Source: Promethearchaeia archaeon (GTDB lineage: Archaea; Asgardarchaeota; Lokiarchaeia; Sigyniarchaeales; SOKP01). From it: DNA of 38,253 nucleotides. The stretch is from NCBI GenBank assembly GCA_029856155.1, contig JAHQWL010000051.1:1-38253 (forward strand), read 5' to 3'. Under the pieces are notes generated by a model. It did not search any database. It was not told the DNA's origin and was given only the letters and a program-made list of their open reading frames with translations. Every line of letters starts with the position of its first letter. Within the stretch, counting starts at the first letter, position 1. The position numbers and the translations under genes were made by a program. This document shows, piece by piece, positions 30,437-38,253 of the stretch.

Positions 30437-31627
30437 TTATTCATCAATGGTTTTAATTAAATCTATACAAATCTTATAAACATTAACTAAATTTTTGAAA
30501 TCTAAATTTTCAATTACGTCATTTCTAGTATGATAATATAATTCTTTAGATGATTGTGGCATAGAACTCATTGATACAGTCGATATTTGTTTTCTAGAAA
30601 AACTCAATGAATCTGTATAAGCCTTACTTGAACATATTTTAGTTTTTATATTTAGATTTTTAGCTATTTTATTTATTAAATCAATTAAATTATAATCCAT
30701 TTTTACCAATCCAAGAATTTCTGATTTATGGATTAGAACTGGTGAATTTTTATACCCTACCATGTCCAAATTTATTACTTTTGCTTTCTTGATGGCATTA
30801 AAATATTTTTTCACAAAAAATTTGCTTCCTTTTGAGCCGATTTCTTCACATCCATATGCATTAATCCACACTTCTGTGTTCCTTGGTCTGTTCTCTGAAA
30901 GTCTATAATATAGTGCAATCCCATAGCATATAGCCATTCCTGATAAATTATCATTAGCCCCCATTACTGGCTGGTTTGATATTATAAAAAAGAATTGTAT
31001 TAATGCAATTGGAATTGAACCTATAAATATTAAATAAAAAATTAATTCAATATAGAAAAAATCAGTTTCTAATACAAGGAAATTAACAATAATCTTTATA
31101 GGTAAGATAATTAACAGAATTACATTTAAAATTAGATTTATAGATATAATAATTATAAATCAATATTTGATTTTTCTAATAAGGGGAAACTCCCAATTAG
31201 AATCTAGATGACTCCCAATTATTATTAAATTTTTAGCTTGATTTTGTGATTCTATTTTAGAGATTACATTTTGAGAATGTTTCTTAGGAAAAAAAACATC
31301 AATTACCTCTTTTACAAAATACATCTCTCCTATCAAAATTAAACAAGATATAATACTTATTATTAAACTTAACAACGGGTAAATCCAATAAAATATTACA
31401 GATAAGATAAAAAGGATCATAGGTAATCTGAATGAAGCTTTATAAGCTCCTGGATGAACAGTGAATTCTTCTGTTTTTACATTATAACCTAATGCCTTAA
31501 GCTTATTGTAAAATAATTTGGCTGCCTTGGCCTCATTATTACTACATGGAGATCTAGGTCCAACCTTTTCACAAAATTCACATATAAAATCTTTCATCTC
31601 AACAATAAGCAATTCATCTAAATCCAT
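30437..31627 (-). pseudogene. Membrane-bound M28-family metallopeptidase interrupted by a single in-frame TGA (31162-31160)
   Basis: Track ORFs 31160-31642 and 30437-30964 share one frame, and the 65 codons between them are open and encode two TM helices. SHLDS, GANDNLSG, GCEE, NLDMVG and YHTRND motifs are intact. Confidence 0.85.
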
Positions 31628-31787
31628 TTTTTTGAACTTCAACTTAGTATTTTTTAAGGAACACTTAAAGATAAGTAAGAACGGGTAAAAATCCTTATGG
31701 TTATAATTATATTTTACAATTTAAAAACACACATTACAATCATTAATACGTTGAAAATGGAAAAACTAAAAAAAAATCAATGATTAA

Positions 31788-31822
31788 TTTTTATATAATA
31801 TTAGTAAAATTTTCTAATAGAA
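31788..31822 (+). promoter_or_regulatory. Putative TATA box (TTTTTATATA) of tRNA-Cys with downstream TTCTAATAGAA palindrome
   Basis: TATA-like element at 31788-31797, about 45 nt upstream of the tRNA; palindrome at 31812-31822. Confidence 0.4.
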
Positions 31823-31839
31823 TACAATAGTTATTCAGT

Positions 31840-31923
31840 GCCAGCGTATCCTAGTAGTTAAGGAGGCGGCCTGCAGAGCCGTTGCTTTTAGCGTCATGGG
31901 TGCAAATCCCATCGCTGGCTCCA
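31840..31923 (+). tRNA. tRNA-Cys(GCA) with long variable arm and encoded CCA
   Basis: Acceptor GCCAGCG/CGCTGGC, D stem TCCT/AGGA, anticodon stem GCGGC/GCCGT with loop CT-GCA-GA, 13-nt variable region TGCTTTTAGCGTC, T stem ATGGG/CCCAT, discriminator T, then CCA. Confidence 0.93.
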
Positions 31924-31944
31924 TTTTTTATCTTTATTTTTTTT
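31924..31944 (+). terminator. Oligo(T) archaeal terminator after tRNA-Cys
   Basis: T6 immediately after CCA, followed by a T8 run. Confidence 0.5.
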
Positions 31945-32210
31945 CATTTCTCGTAATACAAGATTATATCTTAATTAATGAATTAATAAAATTCTCTTTA
32001 GTACACAAAAGATTAGAGAAAAATAAAAAATAATGAAAAATTGACCAATTATTTGTTGTTTGGCTTAAATAGGGATAAAAAATTTTTTAATGATAAAAGA
32101 ATGAATCAGTGCATTATAAAATCAAATTTAAAGACTTAAATCTATTAAATTTATATATTAGATTTTTAATAAACGATATTTCAATATTATGGGAAGGATT
32201 TAATGGTGCA

Positions 32211-32504
32211 TTATCTTTCGGTATATCCTACAAATCCCGCAATTAATACGAGGATACCCCCAATTAAACTGGTATAGACTATCATTATAATACCTATGAT
32301 TACACAGATAATCCAATTTAATTCAACGAATTTATGAGGAATAATTATACTTAATAAGATAATAGCCGCTAAAATAATTGCGATTACTAATAAAATTATT
32401 CTTGAACTATCTATATTTCTATCATCAAATCCCAGAATAGCTTCTATTAAGCTTATTGCACCCCCAAGAGCTGCTAAAAGTTTCATCAATTCTTCATTTC
32501 GCAT
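32211..32504 (-). CDS. Small membrane protein (3-4 TM)
   Basis: 97 aa, almost entirely hydrophobic; IGGILVLIAG motif. Confidence 0.7.
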   Translation of the reverse strand: MRNEELMKLLAALGGAISLIEAILGFDDRNIDSSRIILLVIAIILAAIILLSIIIPHKFVELNWIICVIIGIIMIVYTSLIGGILVLIAGFVGYTER

Positions 32505-32617
32505 TCTTGAATCCTAATTCTTGTTTATAAAAATAAAGACTATTACTATGACTATCTTAATTTAGTATATTTATTTTTTGCGAATATTTAAGAAAAAAAA
32601 GAAAGGATATGAAAATC

Positions 32618-34339
32618 TTAGGCTCCATTCATAATTTTAATTTTTGGAGTATAATATTCGCCAATCGAGTAGTTATTGAAGTTTATACTATAATGGTTTC
32701 GCCAATGTGCCTTGACATCTTGTAACATTGCTTCCATAACACTTTCTTTAACTTTTCCTTCTGCACATATAGTATTTCCCATTGGAGTTGCTACAATCTC
32801 TCCTTCTTTTACGACGATTTGACCATCTTTTATTGTATAGGCTGCTAAAGTAAATGCTTTTTCTATTGAATCCCCATCCATTTTTTTCGGATCTAAATTA
32901 TATATAGCTACATCACCAATTGCTCCTTTACCTAAATGACCTCTATCTGTCATACCTAAACATTTAGCAGTACCTGCTCGTGTTATAGTACTAATTTCAT
33001 ATAAATTCAATTCACGGTCAATATCTTTTAATTCTGTTTTTTCAGATGCCTTTTTGGAACATTGATTTAAAAGAACATCATCTCTTGATTTCTTATCCAT
33101 TAACCAGCGAATAATTTGAGGATAAGAAGTAAATGGTCCTCCATTTGGATGATCAGTCGTCATAAATATTTGCCATGGATTCTTAATAAGGAGCATAAGC
33201 TCTAATCCAACACACCATTGTATCGCATTAACGGCTACTTTAGGCTTGAAAAAATAAGGAACTATACCTGAACCGGACTCCCCTTCAACCTGACCATTTA
33301 TCCATTTAATTCCCGGTTTAGCCCCCCAAGCTGAAGTACCCCCGATATGATGAAGTGCAAATTCCCAAGGACCGTCTGCGGTCATTGTTGTAGTTGCCGC
33401 TTTCCCAAAAATAACTTGACCAGCATCAGTAGTAATATGATCGTGTGAATTTAAATATTCAGCAATATCAGCGGCCCCAGATTCGAAGTCACCCCAATTT
33501 GTACCTCCATATGCATTAAATTGGCAATGGGTCAAGTGAAAAGCAGATTTTCTTCCATTTTTTGGTTTAATCTTATCAACAGCTTTAAAAGTTTCAAGCG
33601 TATGTTCTTTATTCCCAGGATGTCCTAAATTATTAGCATGGACGTGAATCGTGTGTGGTAATTTTAGGATTTCATTAACTTTTGCTAAGCTTTCTAATAT
33701 TTCTCTTGGTGTAACCTCGAAATGAAAAACTGTAGAATCAAGGCTATCAACATTTTTTCCCCATGCCCAATTTTCAACACCCCCAGGATTTACTATTTTT
33801 ACGGCATACCCCTTGGTAACCTTTAAGATCCAGGCAATATATGCTGCTAATTTTTCATAATCCTTCTTTTTAATAAACTCCATTACGAACCAATTATTTC
33901 CGAAAAGAGGGAAGGCAGCTTTGTCTATAATTGGTGTAACCATAAATTCTTCATGAGTATGTCTTGCTTTAAGCAATGGCATTGCAGGTTCAACAACAGT
34001 GGTATACCCAAGTCGGGCATATCGATATCCAGTCGCCCATGTTGATGGTACTGACCAACCAGTTCCGCTTCGGGTTATTTTAGTCTTCTTTTCATTAAAT
34101 TCTTCAAGTTTATCATCAGGTCGAAATGAACGTCCGGCATTCACTTTAGTTCCTGCAATATGAGCATGAATATCGACCCCTCCTGGCATTACAACCATTC
34201 CAGAAGCGTCAATTATCTTAGCATCTCCATTGACTTTTTCTACAATAATACCATCTTTAATGTGAATTTCTTTCTTTTCGCCGTCAATCTTATTCAATGG
34301 GTCGTATACTAAGCCATTTTTAATTATTAGGTCTTTCAT
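32618..34339 (-). CDS. fwdA: Formylmethanofuran dehydrogenase subunit A (amidohydrolase)
   Basis: PGGVDIHAHIAG, GYTTVVEPAMP, KIVNPGG, HVHANNLGHPGN, HCQFNAY, TTDHPNGGP and TRAGTA. Confidence 0.95.
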   Translation of the reverse strand: MKDLIIKNGLVYDPLNKIDGEKKEIHIKDGIIVEKVNGDAKIIDASGMVVMPGGVDIHAHIAGTKVNAGRSFRPDDKLEEFNEKKTKITRSGTGWSVPSTWATGYRYARLGYTTVVEPAMPLLKARHTHEEFMVTPIIDKAAFPLFGNNWFVMEFIKKKDYEKLAAYIAWILKVTKGYAVKIVNPGGVENWAWGKNVDSLDSTVFHFEVTPREILESLAKVNEILKLPHTIHVHANNLGHPGNKEHTLETFKAVDKIKPKNGRKSAFHLTHCQFNAYGGTNWGDFESGAADIAEYLNSHDHITTDAGQVIFGKAATTTMTADGPWEFALHHIGGTSAWGAKPGIKWINGQVEGESGSGIVPYFFKPKVAVNAIQWCVGLELMLLIKNPWQIFMTTDHPNGGPFTSYPQIIRWLMDKKSRDDVLLNQCSKKASEKTELKDIDRELNLYEISTITRAGTAKCLGMTDRGHLGKGAIGDVAIYNLDPKKMDGDSIEKAFTLAAYTIKDGQIVVKEGEIVATPMGNTICAEGKVKESVMEAMLQDVKAHWRNHYSINFNNYSIGEYYTPKIKIMNGA

Positions 34340-34625
34340 CGTAATTTTCCTATGTAATTTCTCTGAATTTAATACTATTTTGCAATTTATATTATTTGGA
34401 ATAAATCCAATATTTTAAAGAATCTATTATTTTTATAAAATCTTATTATAAATTTTAGGCGTATAATAGCAATACTTTTCAAAATGATATCCACTACTTT
34501 TTTGTCTATGTTAAACTTAAATAATAGTTCTTTTTTGATTATCTTAATTCACCGAATAATTCTAAAGGGTTTTTAAAAAAAAGAATACTACTCAGACGAT
34601 TAAAAATATCTGTTAGGAATTTGTA

Positions 34626-35003
34626 ATGATAAAAGTTTTTATAGTAGATGATGACCATCCACTGCAGAGATTATATGAATTAATATTAAGAGAAGCTGGT
34701 TTTGAGGTAATTGGCATTGCAATTAACGGTAAAGATGCCCTTGAGAAATATAATAAGTTTATTGTAAAACCCGATGTAATACTTATGGATCATCGAATGC
34801 CGATTAAAAATGGATTAGATGCGATGACCGAAATCTTAAGAATTAATAAGCATGAGAAAATTATCCTTGCTAGTGCGGATATTAGTGTAAAACAAAAAGC
34901 TATTTCTCTTGGAGCATGCGCTTTTCTTGATAAACCCTTTAAAATGAAAGAATTGTTAAATAAAATTCAGCAGATCGTAAAAGAATTAACAAAAGAAAGC
35001 TAG
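34626..35003 (+). CDS. Stand-alone response regulator receiver (CheY-like)
   Basis: IVDDD, phospho-acceptor Asp in LMDHRMP, SAD and DKPF. Confidence 0.92.
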   Translation: MIKVFIVDDDHPLQRLYELILREAGFEVIGIAINGKDALEKYNKFIVKPDVILMDHRMPIKNGLDAMTEILRINKHEKIILASADISVKQKAISLGACAFLDKPFKMKELLNKIQQIVKELTKES

Positions 35004-35298
35004 TATTTATTTAGAGAGTTAATTAAGCTATTTTCTCTATAAATTAAAAAAAAAGAGTTAATTTGATAATTAATTTCTATATATGGCAATTTTTAACTTG
35101 TAAAGATGAAAACATGATGAATAAACATTAAATACTATTTCAACTATCTTTCTTAAAATCATCACATATGTTTTTAAATACATATGTTACCAGACAAATA
35201 TTAGGATACTAGTGGCGTTATATGATATAAAAATGTTTTTATAGTATTTTGTAACTTTTCAAGAATTAATTTATTAGTGATTTTTAAATATCTTGAGT

Positions 35299-35457
35299 TC
35301 ATTTGAATCCTTTGTATTTGGTGCATTTTCGATAAAACTCGTTACATCTATAGGAGTTTTCAGCTTCACTGCAATCTTTAGCATATTCACATTTAATATT
35401 CCTATTATTCATTTCAATTTTAACTCGATGTAATCTCTTCTCAATCTCATATCTCAA
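35299..35457 (-). CDS. 52-aa four-Cys microprotein MRYEIEKRLHRVKIEMNNRNIKCEYAKDCSEAENSYRCNEFYRKCTKYKGFK
   Basis: TTG at 35457 with AGGTG 8 nt upstream (alternative ATG 35412); C-x5-C-x8-C-x6-C; TGA stop. Below the track cutoff. Confidence 0.55.
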   Translation of the reverse strand: MRYEIEKRLHRVKIEMNNRNIKCEYAKDCSEAENSYRCNEFYRKCTKYKGFK

Positions 35458-35701
35458 GAATCCCGCACCTTTTTTTTACCTTAATTTTTCATTTCTTATT
35501 ACAGAATTGTGAAATTGTTTCAAAATTAATATATAGATTAGTCTAATCGAATCTAAATCTTTATTTTTCCTAGATTTCCCATGAAAGATTTTAAAAAGAT
35601 AATTTTATAAATTCAAATGATTATAATAGTTTTAAAGATTGAAGAATATATAATTATATTAAACATCACATTACCAAAATTAATTAAAAAGGTGTATTGC
35701 A

Positions 35702-36157
35702 ATTAGTATTGACACGAAAAGCTTCGATAATATTCTAAGTAAGATAATAAAAAGTGAGAGTGGTATCAAAAAAGTTATTTTGGTTGATAGAACAGGACTT
35801 ACTATTGCAAGTGTATCAAAATTTTCTTATTTCCCCGCAGATGTTGATGGGATTGGTGCAATAGCCTCAGCAGTGTTTTGTGCTTCAGAAGAACAAGGTA
35901 AGAACCTGGAACTTGGCAATCTTGAAATAGTTACCAGCGAATTTACGGGAGGTAAAATCTTTGCCTCTTCATGTGGCCCTAAGGGTGTGCTCACGCTAAT
36001 CTCCGACCCAGACATCAATATTGGGTTGATTAGATTAATATTAAAGAGATCTGGTGATGAACTTAAAGAAATACTTGATGAATTCCTAGCAGAAGCTCCT
36101 GAAATAATGGATAGTGGCTTAGATTTATCAGACCTAGATTCTCTTACACCTGATTAG
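35702..36157 (+). CDS. Roadblock/LC7 (MglB-like) domain protein, probable ATT start
   Basis: Frame is open upstream of the track TTG (35780) and reads ISIDTKSFDNILSKIIKSESGIKKVILVDRTGLTIA. Roadblock motifs GAIASAVF and NIGLIRL; AGGTG SD 7 nt before ATT 35702. Confidence 0.8.
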   Translation: MSIDTKSFDNILSKIIKSESGIKKVILVDRTGLTIASVSKFSYFPADVDGIGAIASAVFCASEEQGKNLELGNLEIVTSEFTGGKIFASSCGPKGVLTLISDPDINIGLIRLILKRSGDELKEILDEFLAEAPEIMDSGLDLSDLDSLTPD

Positions 36158-36261
36158 GATCAAAGATTTTTTTAGAGTTTCTATTAAAACTTATTTATTT
36201 CTCATTTCTTCTGTTAAATTAAATTAGAAGAACCATAAATAAGAAAAAAAAGTTAAATTAA

Positions 36262-37977
36262 TTAGGATTTACGTTTTTTGACTACAAATGCTACAATTAT
36301 TATTGCGATTACTGCTCCTTCCGCGAGAACTATAATCAATAAAATAGTGCTTATATCTAATGCTGAACCACCCGGTGCAGAACATATATTATTCTCAAAA
36401 AGATTACCCGTGCTTCCCGTTTCATTATAGCAGTCATCATTACCCACGAATGTATTATCAATGACTTTATTATTATTACTGCTATCTAAAAAAGTTCCGT
36501 TCTTGTTATTATTCGCGGTGTTAGAAATGATAGAATTAAAATTACTACTGAGTAAGTGAATTCCATTCTCTTCATTGGCATTAGCTGTATTTCCTGTTAG
36601 AACAATGTTATTGCTTGACGCTATAAAGATTCCATGTTCTTCATTATAATTTGCTATATTGTTTATTAGCAAATTATTGTTACTACTAAATATGTGAATT
36701 CCGCTTAAGTTGTTATATCGAGCAAGATTAGATTCTAGAATATTCAGTTGACTCCCACTATCTACCATTATACCATCGTAACCATTATGGTGAGCATTGT
36801 TTTTTTCAACTACAGATTCATCTGTATTAGCTAAGTATATACCAAACAATGTATTTTCATATGCTGTATTGTCTGAACACGTTATGTTTAAGCCATCTTC
36901 AATACATATCCCAAAGATTGTATTATTGTAAACTGAATTATCAGAAATAGTCGAATCTTCACAGGAAATTAAGTAAATTCCAATAGCATTGTGATTGGTG
37001 GTACAATGGGTTATAGTATTATCATCACTGTTGAAACCTAATATACCATAATTACCGTTCGAATTTGCAATGTTTTTAGAAATCATATTAGCATCGCAAT
37101 TGGAGTCTAAAAGAATCCCAAATCCGTTATGATTAGCCGTATTTGATAAAATACTATTACTCGTACTAAAGGCAAGGTAAATTCCATATTGTGTATTATC
37201 ATTCACTTCATTGTTAGAGATAGTGTTAAGATGACTGTCATCAAGAGAAATTCCATTCTCTCCATTACCATTTGCAGTATTACCGATTAAATCATTATAG
37301 TTACTCTCTATAGTTAACACTATTCCATCGAAATTTTGATTATCGTTAGCAATATTATTGGAAATGGTATTAGACATACTTATTGTGAGAAATATTCCTT
37401 GGTTTGTATTTGCTGAGACATTGTTATTAGAGATGGTGTTGAAACGAGAATTTGATAAATACATGCCATAAGTATTAGAATAAATATGGTTTCCCTCAAG
37501 TTCAGTATCATTTACATTAACTAATTCGAATCCTCTAGAATTCATATATGCATCACAATCAGTGACTTCTCCATTAGTAGTATTATAAATATATAATCCA
37601 GTATCAGTGGCACCTGAATCTCTGAAAGTACTATCTCTAATTCTAAAATGGACTCTTGAATTTCTTATTCTTAAACAATCTCCAAACCCAGAACTTTCAA
37701 AAATATGGTTTGCTATTACATATGGACTACCAGAAGTACCAGATCCAGTGCAAAGACCGGTTGCTTTTGCCCAAGTCCAATTACCGGAATTAGTAGTATT
37801 AGTAGTATCAAGTGCATCAATTTCAATATCGGTAAACGTAGCGGAAGTCTTTAATAATGTTGAATCATAATCACTTAAAGGTTGGCTATGAAAATTAGTG
37901 CTTATTGTGATTACTGTAATTGAACCTAATAAAAATATCAGTAAAAAAATAGCATATTTTTGTTTTTCTCTGTACAA
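36262..37977 (-). CDS. Surface-anchored right-handed parallel beta-helix repeat protein (NosD/CASH-like)
   Basis: N-terminal hydrophobic signal, GSGTSGSPYVI motif, many ~22-23-aa GI.L..S..N.I..N repeats, C-terminal TM helix with KKRKS tail; TTG start. Confidence 0.85.
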   Translation of the reverse strand: MYREKQKYAIFLLIFLLGSITVITISTNFHSQPLSDYDSTLLKTSATFTDIEIDALDTTNTTNSGNWTWAKATGLCTGSGTSGSPYVIANHIFESSGFGDCLRIRNSRVHFRIRDSTFRDSGATDTGLYIYNTTNGEVTDCDAYMNSRGFELVNVNDTELEGNHIYSNTYGMYLSNSRFNTISNNNVSANTNQGIFLTISMSNTISNNIANDNQNFDGIVLTIESNYNDLIGNTANGNGENGISLDDSHLNTISNNEVNDNTQYGIYLAFSTSNSILSNTANHNGFGILLDSNCDANMISKNIANSNGNYGILGFNSDDNTITHCTTNHNAIGIYLISCEDSTISDNSVYNNTIFGICIEDGLNITCSDNTAYENTLFGIYLANTDESVVEKNNAHHNGYDGIMVDSGSQLNILESNLARYNNLSGIHIFSSNNNLLINNIANYNEEHGIFIASSNNIVLTGNTANANEENGIHLLSSNFNSIISNTANNNKNGTFLDSSNNNKVIDNTFVGNDDCYNETGSTGNLFENNICSAPGGSALDISTILLIIVLAEGAVIAIIIVAFVVKKRKS

Positions 37978-38253
37978 TTTAAGATCAACCCTTTTTAATA
38001 GATTGTATGTTACTCAACGCAACCTTCTTATTTAAAGTTTATAGACTATTTCTTCCCACTTTCATTTCTCAGAAGGTTATTGCAAATTCTTTAATAGTTG
38101 AACAAGAAAACTAGATTTTATATTCGAATTAAAGGAGTTTATTCTTTTTAATAATATCTTTATAATGGTCTCTTTCTCTTCTCAATACCTTTAATTCTTT
38201 TTTCAAGTTTATAAGGTCATCTTTTTTTTTGCTTTTATCGGTATTATCAGAAG

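Noticed and set aside
10497-31162. Genome-wide TGA reassignment, suggested by in-frame TGAs at 31160 and 14938
   Set aside because: Full-length genes end at TGA (thioesterase 10497, 7TM 19927, SDR 27628), and none of the long conserved genes contains an internal TGA.
31840-31923. tRNA-Sec, anticodon-mutated tRNA-Ser, or an intron in the variable region
   Set aside because: The fold is 7/5, not the 9/4 of archaeal tRNA-Sec; the discriminator is U, not the G73 of Ser/Sec; the roughly 8 extra nt are too few for an intron and show no bulge-helix-bulge.
36380-37560. Periodic Asn-rich repeats as CRISPR or tandem DNA repeats
   Set aside because: The periodicity is at protein level (beta-helix turns); there are no identical DNA repeats with spacers.
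38118-38253. Possible frameshifted 3' end of a minus-strand coiled-coil gene (..KKKDDLI / KLEKELKVLRRERDHYKDIIKK..)
   Set aside because: Truncated by the window edge and short; cannot be supported without the upstream sequence.

Overview
AT-rich archaeal chromosomal window, most consistent with an Asgard archaeon (Lokiarchaeia-like). That assignment is inferred from gene content: hdrCBA, fwdA, a Fae domain, a roadblock/LC7 protein, a giant cytoplasmic multi-PAS histidine kinase, a 7TM protein, a membrane-anchored beta-helix protein and frequent TTG starts. It carries about 30 genes of anaerobic metabolism, redox and signalling; I saw no mobile element, CRISPR array or rRNA. Best candidate for an undescribed system: an apparent operon of a 426-aa unknown enzyme and a DapA-family pyruvate aldolase fused to formaldehyde-activating enzyme (Fae). 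The aldolase lacks the DHDPS substrate Arg, which suggests a formaldehyde-releasing or formaldehyde-fixing aldolase coupled to H4MPT. Other signals not in the ORF track: (1) a tRNA-Cys(GCA) with a class II long variable arm and an A18/G55 elbow; (2) a 35-aa, 66% acidic Trp/Phe micropeptide with a strong SD; (3) a roadblock gene that apparently starts at ATT; (4) a 52-aa 4-Cys microprotein; (5) an M28 peptidase interrupted by one in-frame TGA; (6) a diverged second copy of the korB 3' end flanking pip; (7) a decayed acyl-carrier-protein-like relic; (8) a recurrent TTCTAWTAGAA palindrome. All family assignments come from motif recognition by eye; no database search was run.
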